NCBI GenBank assembly: GCA_002361955.1
Contig: DESK01000059.1
Location: 7,145 to 71,144, forward strand
Reading direction: 5' to 3'
Source: Lachnospiraceae bacterium UBA3316
GTDB taxonomy: Bacteria > Bacillota > Clostridia > Lachnospirales > Lachnospiraceae
Length of the DNA stretch: 64,000 nucleotides
Numbering within the stretch: the first letter of the stretch is position 1; each line of letters starts with the position of its first letter. Positions 1 through 9,204 of the stretch are shown here, piece after piece. The notes under the pieces are model-generated. The model worked only from the letters and a program-made list of their open reading frames with translations. It made no database searches and was not told the DNA's origin. A program made the translations under genes and the position numbers.

Positions 1-162
1 CTGCGGCATACGGGGAATGATGAAACATGGCTATTAAATCAGATCAAAGGGCAGGGAGCTAAGGGAGTGGCAGAGGTTCTCCTTGCGACCTGCGATGCCT
101 CCAACCAGGTAACCGTCTTTTTGAAAGGACACCGGAGGGAAAGCAAAAGTATCCTGGTGTAG
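1..162 (+). CDS. C-terminal end of a DUF421/YetF-family membrane protein (partial)
   Basis: Frame 1 reads LRHTGNDETWLLNQIKGQG...EVLLATCDASNQVTVFLK...* (TAG 160-162), resembling the YetF C-terminal domain. Confidence 0.6.
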   Translation: MRHTGNDETWLLNQIKGQGAKGVAEVLLATCDASNQVTVFLKGHRRESKSILV

Positions 163-353
163 GCATGGCCTAGACGTATTACCGGCCCAGGGCGTTGTAT
201 TGCTGCTGTAAATGAAAGATACAGACAGTAAGCGATACAACTCTCTGGGCCAAACTGCGGCAGAAAAACAGTGGAAAACTTTTCGGACTGGTGCTATAAT
301 TACCATGGTTTTTAAAAATTGAATGAATTTTTATACATAGGAGAGACACAGAG

Positions 354-1691
354 ATGGAGAGAGATCTGACAACAGGAAGCGTATTCAAAAACATCGTATT
401 TTTTTCATTACCCTATCTGCTGTCTTACTTTTTACAGACACTCTACGGCATGGCCGACCTGTTTATCGTCGGCCAGTTCAACGGCGTTGACAGCATCACC
501 TCTGTTTCTGTGGGAAGCCAAATCATGCATATGATCACCGTCATGATCGTGGGGCTGGCCATGGGTTCCACCGTAACGATCGGCAGGGCAGTAGGAGGCA
601 GGCGGGCCGACCAGGCAGCCCGGACGGTCGGAAATACGATCTCCTTATTTATGGGCCTGTCCCTTGCCATCACAGTGCTTCTGCTGGCAGTGGTAAAACC
701 GATAACGGCAGCCATGTCCACCCCCAAGGAGGCTGTGTCCGAAACGATTCTCTACCTGACGATCTGTTTTATCGGCATTCCCTTTATCACCGCCTACAAT
801 ATTATCAGCTCCATTTTTCGGGGGCTGGGTGATTCCAAAAGCCCGATGTATTTTATTGCCATCGCCTGCGGCGTCAATATCGCCCTGGACTACCTCTTTA
901 TCGGTGTCTTCCGCATGGGAGCGGCAGGAGCGGCCCTCGGCACTACGATCTCCCAGACGGTCAGCGTGCTGGTGGCTCTGGCGGTGATCCTTGGGCGGAA
1001 AACGGGAATCCGGCCCAGGAGAACAGATTTTAAGCCCCATGCGGAAACTATGAGGCAGATTTTAAAAATCGGCATCCCCGTGGCCCTGCAGGATGGCTTT
1101 GTCCAGATCGCGTTCATTCTGATCACCATCATCGCGAACCGAAGGGGGCTGAATGACGCGGCGGCAGTGGGGATCGTAGAGAAAATTATAGGCATTGTCT
1201 TTCTTCTGCCCTCAACGACGCTCTCCACGGTTTCCGCCCTGTCTGCCCAGAATATCGGAGCAAAGAAGCACGGCCGGGCGACAGCTACCCTGCGCTACGG
1301 GATTTTGATCGTGGCCGTTTTGGGCTTTGCGGTATCTGTGGCCACACAATTTGTGGGGAGAAGCTTTGTGGGGCTGTTCACGGAGGATACTGCGGTCACG
1401 CTGCTGGGAGACCAGTATCTGCGGGCATACATTTGGGATTGTATGTTCGCCGGCGTACATTTTTGTTTCAGCGGATACTTTTGCGCTTACGGACTGTCGG
1501 GAATTTCTTTCCTGCACAATGCGCTGTCCATTGTATGTGTGCGCGTCCCCGGCGCGTTTCTGGCGTCAAAGTACTTTGCCGATACCCTTTATCCCATGGG
1601 GCTTGCCGCCCCCGGCGGTTCCCTGCTGTCCGTGATCGTGTGCGTGGCCGCCTTTCTCCTTTTGCGGAAGCAAAAGACGCTGCCGTCGTAA
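354..1691 (+). CDS. MATE family efflux transporter
   Basis: 445 aa, about 12 TM segments; MATE motifs MERDLTTGS, LYGMADLFIVGQ, RGLGDSKSP, QNIGAK. Confidence 0.95.
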   Translation: MERDLTTGSVFKNIVFFSLPYLLSYFLQTLYGMADLFIVGQFNGVDSITSVSVGSQIMHMITVMIVGLAMGSTVTIGRAVGGRRADQAARTVGNTISLFMGLSLAITVLLLAVVKPITAAMSTPKEAVSETILYLTICFIGIPFITAYNIISSIFRGLGDSKSPMYFIAIACGVNIALDYLFIGVFRMGAAGAALGTTISQTVSVLVALAVILGRKTGIRPRRTDFKPHAETMRQILKIGIPVALQDGFVQIAFILITIIANRRGLNDAAAVGIVEKIIGIVFLLPSTTLSTVSALSAQNIGAKKHGRATATLRYGILIVAVLGFAVSVATQFVGRSFVGLFTEDTAVTLLGDQYLRAYIWDCMFAGVHFCFSGYFCAYGLSGISFLHNALSIVCVRVPGAFLASKYFADTLYPMGLAAPGGSLLSVIVCVAAFLLLRKQKTLPS

Positions 1692-1816
1692 TTCGGTCCG
1701 GGACTTTGCACTCCCTGCAGCGCAAAGCCAGGCCTTTCGGGCAAGGTTTGTAAAGATACGCGACATTTGCAGAATGGGCGCTGCCCATACAGAATAGTAG
1801 AAGGAACGGTGATAAT

Positions 1817-2359
1817 ATGATGAATGAAAAACAAATAGCAGCCTGTGCAATAGAAGAGAATTTTTCGGATGCCGCGGTGATAGATACGAAGGATATCGTT
1901 TTCGATCCCTCCTTCCGGCCCTATTGTGAAGAAAACCTCTGCGGACAGTACGGCGTGAATTATTCCTGTCCGCCGAGCTGCGGAACGCCGGAAGAGATGA
2001 AGGCAAAGATCCTGGCCCACAAAAAAGCGCTGGTGCTGCAGTCCGTATGGGAGATTCCCGATTATACAGACAAAGCGGCCATCAAAAAAGCAAAGGGCTC
2101 CCACAACCAGGCAGCGATCCGCCTGATGAAACGCCTGCGGGCAGAGGGGCATGAGGGCTTCCTGATCGGGGCCAGCGGATGCGCCCTGTGCAGCCCCTGC
2201 GCCCTCGTCAACAAAGAACCCTGCCGTTTCCCGGATTTATGTTATTCCTGTATGTCCGCCTACTGCATCTTTGTCCGGAAAGTGACGGAGAAGTGTGGAA
2301 TTGAGTATGACTGCGGAGAAGGGCTGCTGACGTTTTTCGGTATGTTTGTGTTTGATTAA
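1817..2359 (+). CDS. DUF2284 family Cys-rich metal-binding protein
   Basis: CEENLCGQYGVNYSCPP and GCALCSPC...C...CYSCMSAYCI pattern. Confidence 0.85.
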   Translation: MMNEKQIAACAIEENFSDAAVIDTKDIVFDPSFRPYCEENLCGQYGVNYSCPPSCGTPEEMKAKILAHKKALVLQSVWEIPDYTDKAAIKKAKGSHNQAAIRLMKRLRAEGHEGFLIGASGCALCSPCALVNKEPCRFPDLCYSCMSAYCIFVRKVTEKCGIEYDCGEGLLTFFGMFVFD

Positions 2360-2377
2360 AACTCAAAAATTTTTCAG

Positions 2378-2406
2378 TTGACGCATTTTCTAAAATGTGT
2401 TACTAT
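2378..2406 (+). promoter_or_regulatory. sigmaA promoter of rplU operon
   Basis: TTGACG (2378-2383), 17 bp, TG-t-TACTAT (2401-2406). Confidence 0.75.
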
Positions 2407-2411
2407 ACTTA

Positions 2412-2478
2412 GGATGCCGCATAAAGAGGTTTAAGTGTTATGCAAATAACCACCATATTTAGCGAGTAATGATAATAG
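2412..2478 (+). ncRNA. Probable L21 ribosomal protein leader
   Basis: About 80-nt 5' UTR before rplU with hairpin GTTAT-GCAA-ATAAC; position matches the Firmicutes L21 leader; no covariance search run. Confidence 0.45.
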
Positions 2479-2488
2479 GAGGTGCCAT

Positions 2489-2794
2489 ATGTACGCAATT
2501 ATTGCAACAGGTGGTAAACAGTACAAAGTAGCCGAGGGCGATATCATTAACGTAGAGAAGCTTGGTGTAGAGGCCGGCGAGACTGTAACTTTTGACCAGG
2601 TACTTGCAGTGAGCAACGACGGACTGAAGGTCGGAGCTGACGTAGCGAACGCAACCGTAACAGCCAGCGTAGTAAAGAACGCTAAGGCGAGAAAGGTTAT
2701 CGTTTACAAGTACAAGAGAAAAACTGGTTATCACAAGAAAAACGGTCACAGACAGCAGTACACCCAGGTTAAGATTGAAAAGATCAACGGTTAA
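2489..2794 (+). CDS. rplU: 50S ribosomal protein L21
   Basis: [14 protein letters not shown]...[18 protein letters not shown]. Confidence 0.99.
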   Translation: MYAIIATGGKQYKVAEGDIINVEKLGVEAGETVTFDQVLAVSNDGLKVGADVANATVTASVVKNAKARKVIVYKYKRKTGYHKKNGHRQQYTQVKIEKING

Positions 2795-2799
2795 TTCTT

Positions 2800-3120
2800 A
2801 TGATTACAGTTGAGATTCATAGATCCGGGGAGACCTACAGAGGTTTTCTTTCCTCCGGGCACGCAGACTACGCAGAGGAAGGTTACGATATCATCTGCGC
2901 TGCCGTGTCGGCCCTTACCGTAAATGCCATCAATTCCATTGAACAGTTCACGGACGACGCCTTTGCCGTAAGGCAGGGGGACGGGCTGGTGGAGCTTATT
3001 CTGGAAGGCGAGGTTTCGGAGAAGACAAGCCTGCTTTTGGATTCTATGATTCTGGGTTTGCAGGAGATTAAGAATACTTACGGTAATGAATATATTGAAT
3101 TGCAATTCAAGGAGGTGTAA
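2800..3120 (+). CDS. prp: Ribosomal-processing cysteine protease Prp
   Basis: Between rplU and rpmA; SGHA and DIICAAVSAL catalytic motifs. Confidence 0.95.
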   Translation: MITVEIHRSGETYRGFLSSGHADYAEEGYDIICAAVSALTVNAINSIEQFTDDAFAVRQGDGLVELILEGEVSEKTSLLLDSMILGLQEIKNTYGNEYIELQFKEV

Positions 3121-3123
3121 GCA

Positions 3124-3408
3124 ATGATGACAATGAACCTTCAGATCTTCGCCCACAAAAAGGGAGTTGGTTCTACAAAGAACGGCAGAGATTCCGAGTC
3201 AAAGAGATTAGGAGCAAAAAGAGCTGACGGTCAGTTCGTAAAAGCCGGAAACATCCTTTACAGACAGCGCGGTACTAAGATCCATCCGGGCGTAAACGTA
3301 GGACGCGGCGGCGATGACACTTTATATGCTCTGGTTGACGGTGTTGTAAGATTCCAGAGAAAAGGAAGAGATAAGAAACAGGTTTCTATCGTTCCGGTTG
3401 CAGAGTAA
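3124..3408 (+). CDS. rpmA: 50S ribosomal protein L27 with Prp-cleaved N-terminal extension
   Basis: [30 protein letters not shown]. Confidence 0.99.
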   Translation: MMTMNLQIFAHKKGVGSTKNGRDSESKRLGAKRADGQFVKAGNILYRQRGTKIHPGVNVGRGGDDTLYALVDGVVRFQRKGRDKKQVSIVPVAE

Positions 3409-3415
3409 TGCATGA

Positions 3416-3448
3416 GGCTTCAAATCACTTTGGTTTGAAGCCCTTTTT
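3416..3448 (+). terminator. Intrinsic terminator after rpmA
   Basis: GGCTTCAAAT-cactttg-GTTTGAAGCC followed by cTTTTT. Confidence 0.75.
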
Positions 3449-3468
3449 AAATAGTAAGGAGATAACGT

Positions 3469-4761
3469 ATGTTTGCAGACAGAGCCAAGATCTTTATCCG
3501 TTCCGGAAAGGGCGGCGACGGCCATGTGAGCTTCCGCCGGGAGCTGTTCGTTCCTGCCGGAGGGCCTGACGGCGGCGACGGCGGCAAAGGCGGCGACATC
3601 ATTTTTGAAGTAGATAAGGGCATGACCACGTTAGCCGACTATCGGCACAGAGGAAAATTCTGCGCCCAGGATGGCGAGCAGGGAGGAAAGAAACGCTGCC
3701 ACGGTAAGAACGGCAGTGATCTGGTGCTGAAGGTTCCGGAGGGAACGATTATCAAGGAAGCAGAGTCCGAAAAAGTGATCGCGGATATGTCCGGTGAAAA
3801 CAGCCGGCAGGTGATCCTGAAAGGCGGCCGGGGCGGCCAGGGAAATATGCACTATGCCACCGCCACCATGCAGGCTCCCAAATATGCCCAGCCGGGCCAA
3901 AGCGCCCAGGAGCTGTGGGTGAAGCTGGAGCTTAAGGTGATCGCAGACGTAGGCCTTGTGGGATTTCCGAACGTTGGAAAATCCACGCTGCTTTCCCGTG
4001 TCACAAACGCAAGGCCCAAGATCGCCAACTATCATTTTACCACCTTAAACCCGAACCTGGGCGTGGTGGACCTGGAAGGCGGAAAGGGCTTCGTGATCGC
4101 CGACATTCCGGGGCTGATCGAGGGAGCCTCTGAGGGTGTTGGCTTAGGCCATGAATTTCTCCGCCACATTGAGAGAACACGCGTGATCATCCATATGGTA
4201 GACGCGGCCTCCACAGAGGGACGCGACCCCATTGACGATATTTACAAGATCAACGAGGAACTCCGGGCCTACAATCCGGAGATCGCCCAGCGGCCCCAGG
4301 TAATCGCTGCCAATAAGATCGACGCCATCTATGCCGGCGATGAGGATCCGGTACAGCGCATCCGAGAGGAATTTGAGCCCAAGGGCATAAAAGTATTTGC
4401 CATATCGGCTGTGAGCGGAAAGGGCCTGAAGGAGCTTTTATACTGTGTCCGTGAGATCTTAGATACCCTTCCCCAGGAGCCCGTAGTCTTCGAGCAGGAG
4501 TATTTCCCGGAAGAGGAGGCCTTCAGAAACGACCTGCCCTACACAGTGGAAAAATCTGCCGAGGAGGAAAACACCTATATTGTTGAGGGCCCGAAGATTG
4601 AAAAAATGCTGGGCTACACCAATCTGGATTCCGAGAAGGGCTTTGCCTTCTTCCAGAAATTCCTGAAGGAGACAGGAATCCTGGAGGAGCTGGAAAATGC
4701 CGGTATCCAGGAGGGAGACACCGTTCGGATGTACGGACTGGTCTTTGATTATTATAAATAG
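3469..4761 (+). CDS. obgE: GTPase ObgE
   Basis: Gly-rich Obg domain; GFPNVGKST, DIPGLIEG, NKID; C-terminal OCT domain. Confidence 0.99.
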   Translation: MFADRAKIFIRSGKGGDGHVSFRRELFVPAGGPDGGDGGKGGDIIFEVDKGMTTLADYRHRGKFCAQDGEQGGKKRCHGKNGSDLVLKVPEGTIIKEAESEKVIADMSGENSRQVILKGGRGGQGNMHYATATMQAPKYAQPGQSAQELWVKLELKVIADVGLVGFPNVGKSTLLSRVTNARPKIANYHFTTLNPNLGVVDLEGGKGFVIADIPGLIEGASEGVGLGHEFLRHIERTRVIIHMVDAASTEGRDPIDDIYKINEELRAYNPEIAQRPQVIAANKIDAIYAGDEDPVQRIREEFEPKGIKVFAISAVSGKGLKELLYCVREILDTLPQEPVVFEQEYFPEEEAFRNDLPYTVEKSAEEENTYIVEGPKIEKMLGYTNLDSEKGFAFFQKFLKETGILEELENAGIQEGDTVRMYGLVFDYYK

Positions 4762-4772
4762 AGGAAAAAAGA

Positions 4773-5063
4773 ATGACAAGTAAACAGAGAGCATACCTGA
4801 AAGGACTGGCTATGACCATGGATCCGATCTTCCAGATCGGAAAAGGCAGCCTGACACCGGAAAATACCCAGGCAATTGCCGAGGCTTTAGCTGCCAGGGA
4901 GCTGATCAAAATCAGCGTTCTGCAGAACTGCCTGGATGATCCCCGGATGCTGGCGGAGGTAATCGCGGAGCGCACCCGCTCCCAGGTCGTTCAGGTGATA
5001 GGGAAAAAAATTATCCTGTATAAAGAGGGTAAGGACAATAAGAAAAAAATTGTACTGCCGTAA
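4773..5063 (+). CDS. yhbY: YhbY/CRM RNA-binding ribosome assembly protein
   Basis: MTSKQRAYLKGLA...IFQIGK...RELIKISVL. Confidence 0.95.
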   Translation: MTSKQRAYLKGLAMTMDPIFQIGKGSLTPENTQAIAEALAARELIKISVLQNCLDDPRMLAEVIAERTRSQVVQVIGKKIILYKEGKDNKKKIVLP

Positions 5064-5076
5064 AGTAGAGGAAATT

Positions 5077-5712
5077 ATGTCAGAAGAGAAGCGCAGAAAA
5101 GTAGGAATTATGGGCGGCACCTTTGATCCGATCCATATAGGTCATTTAATTTTAGGCGAAAATGCCTATCAGCAGTTTGGGCTGGACTACGTACTGTTTA
5201 TGCCCTCCGGAAATCCTCCCCACAAGAGGGAACGCTCCGGGAGAGCCACCACCCAAGAACGAGTGGAGATGGTGGCCCTGGCTATTCAGGACAATCCTCA
5301 TTTTATTTTATCTCTGGCAGAAACCCATGAGGATGGGTACACCTACACAAAGGAGACTCTGACACGCCTGACGTCAGAGAACCCTGACACGGATTATTAT
5401 TTTATCATGGGCGCCGATTCCCTCTTTACCTTTGAGAGCTGGAAGGAGCCCCAGGGCATCTGCGATCTCTGTACGATCCTGGTGGCCGTGAGAAACGACG
5501 TCCCCACCCAGGCCATGGACAGGCAGATTGCCCATATTCGCGAAAAATATAACAGCCGGATTTTAACACTTGATACGCCAAACATTGAGATTTCGTCTGA
5601 GGCCCTTCGGGATCATATCCGGCAGCAGCGCTCCCTGCGCTATTATTTGCCATATCCGGTGGCAGACTATATCAGGGAACACAAGCTTTATACGCAGGAG
5701 GCGGACATATGA
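5077..5712 (+). CDS. nadD: Nicotinate-nucleotide adenylyltransferase
   Basis: GGTFDPIHIGH, PPHK, IMGADS, ISS motifs; ATG 5077 preferred (GAGG upstream). Confidence 0.97.
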   Translation: MSEEKRRKVGIMGGTFDPIHIGHLILGENAYQQFGLDYVLFMPSGNPPHKRERSGRATTQERVEMVALAIQDNPHFILSLAETHEDGYTYTKETLTRLTSENPDTDYYFIMGADSLFTFESWKEPQGICDLCTILVAVRNDVPTQAMDRQIAHIREKYNSRILTLDTPNIEISSEALRDHIRQQRSLRYYLPYPVADYIREHKLYTQEADI

Positions 5713-6299
5713 GCGAATATCATATGAAAAAGATGCAGCATAAGCTGAAAAAAAATCTGGACGAGAACCGCTACGAGCATACCATGGGTGTGCGCTACAC
5801 CTGTGCGGCACTGGCCATGCGCTATCAGTATGACCTGGAAAAGGCGCAGGTTGCAGGGCTTCTCCATGACTGTGCCAAATGTATACCCGATAAACAAAAA
5901 ATCAGGCTTTGCAGAAAAAATCATATTGAAATCACCCAGGCAGAGCTGGACAGCCCCTACCTGCTCCACGCGAAAGCGGGCGCATACATTGCCAGGGAAG
6001 ACTATGGGGTGGAAGATGAAGAGATCTTAAGCGCCATCGCCTGCCATACCACCGGGAAAGCGGAGATGACCCTGCTGGATAAGATTGTCTATATCGCAGA
6101 TTATATAGAGCCTCACAGGAATACGGCTCCCTGTCTGAACGAAATCCGTATGCTGGCCTTTGAAGACATTGATAAGGCCATGTATACCATACTAAAAAAC
6201 ACCTTGGATTACCTGGCGGAGAAGGGAAAGGCGATTGATCCCATGACCCAGGTATCCTTCGAATATTTCAGCAAACTTATGAAAGAAAAGGAGGGATAG
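5709..6299 (+). CDS. yqeK: Ap4A hydrolase, HD domain
   Basis: RYEHTMGV, LLHDCAK, HTTG, DKIVYIADYIEP; nadD-yqeK-rsfS synteny. Confidence 0.93.
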   Translation: MSEYHMKKMQHKLKKNLDENRYEHTMGVRYTCAALAMRYQYDLEKAQVAGLLHDCAKCIPDKQKIRLCRKNHIEITQAELDSPYLLHAKAGAYIAREDYGVEDEEILSAIACHTTGKAEMTLLDKIVYIADYIEPHRNTAPCLNEIRMLAFEDIDKAMYTILKNTLDYLAEKGKAIDPMTQVSFEYFSKLMKEKEG

Positions 6300-6300
6300 A

Positions 6301-6648
6301 ATGAACTCAAAAGAAATGGCAAAGCTGGTATGCAGCGCTCTGGAAGAAAAAAAGGCCGAGGACATTAAAGTCATCAACATCGCGGAAGTCTCCGTGCTGG
6401 CCGACTACTTTATCATTGCCAGCGGTACAAACAGGAACCAGGTGCAGGCCATGGCAGATAACGTGGAAGAAACCCTCGGCAGGGCCGGCGTCAATCCGAA
6501 ACAGATTGAGGGCTATCAGACAGCCAACTGGGTGCTGCTGGATTACGGCGATGTGGTGATCCATGTGTTCGATGAGGAAAACAGGCTGTTTTATGATCTG
6601 GAACGCATCTGGAGAGACGGAAAGAGCGTAGCAGTGGAAAGCCTCTGA
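6301..6648 (+). CDS. rsfS: Ribosome silencing factor
   Basis: EKKAEDI, DYFIIASG, WVLLDYGDVVIHVF, FYDLERIW. Confidence 0.97.
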   Translation: MNSKEMAKLVCSALEEKKAEDIKVINIAEVSVLADYFIIASGTNRNQVQAMADNVEETLGRAGVNPKQIEGYQTANWVLLDYGDVVIHVFDEENRLFYDLERIWRDGKSVAVESL

Positions 6649-6667
6649 TCAATCAAATATGCGAAAG

Positions 6668-6693
6668 AATACCCTGCTGATTGGCAGGGTATT
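6668..6693. terminator. Hairpin between convergent rsfS and lipid kinase genes
   Basis: AATACCCTGC-tgattg-GCAGGGTATT, 10-bp stem. Confidence 0.7.
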
Positions 6694-6708
6694 TCTATGT
6701 CCCCCTGT

Positions 6709-7635
6709 TCAGCAGGGCAGGGATGAGATAAACTTCAGCCTGTTCTCCAGGATCCCTACTGTCAGGTCGTTATGAAATCCAAAGGCCTCCCCGTCTGTAT
6801 GGACGGCCAGGGGATGCTTTGTCCTGATCCGGGCCTTGCGGCAGCGATAAATATGTACCTCTTTTGTACTGGTGTGCTTTCCCGGAAAAGCAGTGGGCAA
6901 AACACGCAAAATCTTTCTCACGGGCATCCGCTCTACCAGGCAGATATCCAGATAACCGTCATTGGGAAGAGCGTCCGGGCAGAATTTAAAGCCTCCCCCT
7001 TCATATTGCATATTCATAAAGGCGCTGAAAAATATCTGGGGAAAGGAAAATCTGCGTCCGTCATCCAAAATAAGCCCGGCCGAGGAGCTCTTTAAAAAGA
7101 GGATATGCTTCAGGGCGATTCCGAGATACGTCAGTTTTCCCAGGTGAAAACGGTTCAGGAAGTTTTTTATGCGGGAATTGAGAGCCTCATGGCAGACAGC
7201 AGCATCAAATCCTATGCCTGTACTTACCAGAAAGCGCCTCGTTTCTCCCTCAGAAGAAACGTACCCCACATCCGTGAGGCAGATCCTCTCCGGATGTAAG
7301 AGGAGATCAAGGGTCTTTTCCGGCTCTTTCGGCAGCCCCATAGCCCGCGCTAGGTCATTGCTTGATCCCGCCGGCAAATAGCCAAAGGTTGTGTTCGCAA
7401 AGTCCTGTATCCCATTGAGCACTTCATTTGCCGTACCGTCGCCGCCTACAGCCGCCAGTGTAAGCGCCTCACCCCGGGATGTGATCGCTTTCGCCAGGCA
7501 TACGGCGCTTCCCGGACCGTCTGTAAAAGAGACCTTGTAGGGAATCTGCTTTTTTCGCAGCAGGGATGCCATCACCTCCCATTTCTTTTTGCCCGCGCCG
7601 GAGCAGGCCTTTGGATTAACAATAAAATATATCAT
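6709..7635 (-). CDS. Diacylglycerol/lipid kinase family protein (YegS/DagK-like)
   Basis: FIVNPKACSG, GGDGTANEV, LPAGSSNDLAR, GIGFDA, HTDGE; start moved to ATG 7635 with GGAGGT RBS. Confidence 0.92.
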   Translation of the reverse strand: MIYFIVNPKACSGAGKKKWEVMASLLRKKQIPYKVSFTDGPGSAVCLAKAITSRGEALTLAAVGGDGTANEVLNGIQDFANTTFGYLPAGSSNDLARAMGLPKEPEKTLDLLLHPERICLTDVGYVSSEGETRRFLVSTGIGFDAAVCHEALNSRIKNFLNRFHLGKLTYLGIALKHILFLKSSSAGLILDDGRRFSFPQIFFSAFMNMQYEGGGFKFCPDALPNDGYLDICLVERMPVRKILRVLPTAFPGKHTSTKEVHIYRCRKARIRTKHPLAVHTDGEAFGFHNDLTVGILENRLKFISSLPC

Positions 7636-7845
7636 ACAGGATACCTCCCATAACTTATCCGTATTTATTACACAATTTTTACAGCAAATCCTATTGTAAT
7701 CTGCTGTCAGGTAGTGTATATTATTCACGAAACTCGTGGTTTTTCTGACCTCCTGGGGCTGTTTGCCCAAGGCCGCCACAGCGGCTGGCTCTTTGCCCGC
7801 AGGAATGAAATATGTCTCATCTATGTTAAACGGAGGAAACACATT

Positions 7846-8325
7846 TTGCTGACCAAATATCTGATCGTTTTTCTAATTTCTATGGTTCCACTGATCGAGC
7901 TGCGCGGCGCAATCCCTTATGCCACAGGATTTCATCTTCCTTTCATCCAATCCTATGTCATCGCAGTGATTGGAAATATGCTGCCGGTACCCTTTATTTT
8001 TCTGTTTGCCCGCAAGGTTTTAGAGTGGGGCGCCGACAAGAAACTCACCGGAAAGTTCTTTCGCTTTTGCCTGGAAAAAGGCCATAAGGGCGGAGAGAAG
8101 CTGAAAGCAAAAGCAGGACGCGGGCTTCCGCTGGCTTTGCTCTTATTTGTGGGCATTCCCCTTCCCGGAACAGGGGCCTGGACGGGAACTCTCGCCGCAA
8201 GCCTTCTCGATATGGACTTTAAAACAAGCGTCATAGCCGTAATGTGCGGCGTCCTGCTGGCAGGAGTAATCATGGCAGCGGCCAGCGCCGGACTGTTCGG
8301 AGCCATAGGGGCTGTTTTTTCCTGA
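7846..8325 (+). CDS. COG2426 'small multi-drug export' family membrane protein
   Basis: ISMVPLIELRGAIP and FVGIPLPGTGAWTGTLAA; TTG start after GGAGG. Confidence 0.88.
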   Translation: MLTKYLIVFLISMVPLIELRGAIPYATGFHLPFIQSYVIAVIGNMLPVPFIFLFARKVLEWGADKKLTGKFFRFCLEKGHKGGEKLKAKAGRGLPLALLLFVGIPLPGTGAWTGTLAASLLDMDFKTSVIAVMCGVLLAGVIMAAASAGLFGAIGAVFS

Positions 8326-8362
8326 TAGGAAAGCCGTCCCTGCGGCAGCTGCCTGTACAAAG

Positions 8363-8425
8363 AAAAACCTGCATACACGGACAGATCAGAAACATCTGAA
8401 GCTCTGCCGGCGTATGCAGGTTTTT
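8363..8425. terminator. Long bidirectional hairpin/terminator between COG2426 gene and lexA
   Basis: AAAAACCTGCATAC ... GTATGCAGGTTTTT perfect 14-bp outer stem with further inner pairing. Confidence 0.75.
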
Positions 8426-8462
8426 GTTATAGGTTCAGCCATAGGGCGAACGGTTCTCATTT

Positions 8463-9080
8463 TTAAAGGAAACGAAAGACTCCGATCACCTTTCCCAGAA
8501 CTTCCATGTGGTCGACGATGATGGGCTCCATCGTGTCATTTTCCGGCTGAAGGCGGTAATGGCCGTTCTCCTTGTAATACGTCTTTACCGTGGCGGAATC
8601 ATCATCCACCAGAGCGACCACCATATCGCCGTTCTCCGCGGTTTTCTGGGACTTTACAAGGATCCTGTCATTGTCGAAAATACCGGCGTTGATCATGCTG
8701 TCCCCCTTCACCGTCAGCATAAAGGTCTCTGCGTTCGGCATAAATTCCGCCGGGACAGGAAAGTAGCTCTCGATATTCTGCTCCGCCAAAATCGGCATCC
8801 CTGCGGCCACACGCCCGATCACCGGCACGCTCACCATCTCGCGCCTGAGCATATTAAAATTGTCGTCCAGAATCTCAATGGCCCTGGGCTTTGACGGATC
8901 CCTGCGGATATATCCGTTTTTCTCTAACGTCTCCAGGTGGGCATGGACAGAGGAGGTGGACTTTAAATGTACCGCTTCACAGATATCCCGTACTGAGGGC
9001 GGAAATCCCCTGCTCACAATCTCGCTTTTAATATATTCTAAAATTTCTTCCTGCTTTTTTGAAATCTTTCCATTTATCAT
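8463..9080 (-). CDS. lexA: SOS repressor LexA
   Basis: wHTH (GFPPSVRDIC), VAAG cleavage site, GDSM serine, ATVK lysine. Confidence 0.99.
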   Translation of the reverse strand: MINGKISKKQEEILEYIKSEIVSRGFPPSVRDICEAVHLKSTSSVHAHLETLEKNGYIRRDPSKPRAIEILDDNFNMLRREMVSVPVIGRVAAGMPILAEQNIESYFPVPAEFMPNAETFMLTVKGDSMINAGIFDNDRILVKSQKTAENGDMVVALVDDDSATVKTYYKENGHYRLQPENDTMEPIIVDHMEVLGKVIGVFRFL

Positions 9081-9112
9081 ATAGTCATTACCTCCTGTCG
9101 GAACATGCTTTC

Positions 9113-9141
9113 ATCATAACATACTTAATAGGTAATTGCAA
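9113..9141 (-). promoter_or_regulatory. lexA sigmaA promoter
   Basis: Minus strand TTGCAA, 17 bp, TG-t-TATGAT. Confidence 0.65.
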
Positions 9142-9175
9142 ACAAAAGTTCAGAAAACTTGTTCGAGAATTATGG

Positions 9176-9204
9176 TTGACAAACAGATGTTCGTGTACTA
9201 TAAT
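9176..9204 (+). promoter_or_regulatory. Consensus sigmaA promoter of yneA-like gene
   Basis: TTGACA (9176-9181), 17 bp containing an SOS box, TATAAT (9199-9204). Confidence 0.85.

Noticed and set aside
34-306. 90-aa minus-strand ORF
   Set aside because: Overlaps the plus-strand YetF-like tail and the MATE promoter region.
7636-7845. ORF-track N-terminal extensions overlapping head-to-head (7714 and 7842)
   Set aside because: Better RBS-supported starts at 7635 and 7846; similar trimming applied to nadD, pdxK, ykgJ, ygiQ and ylbJ.
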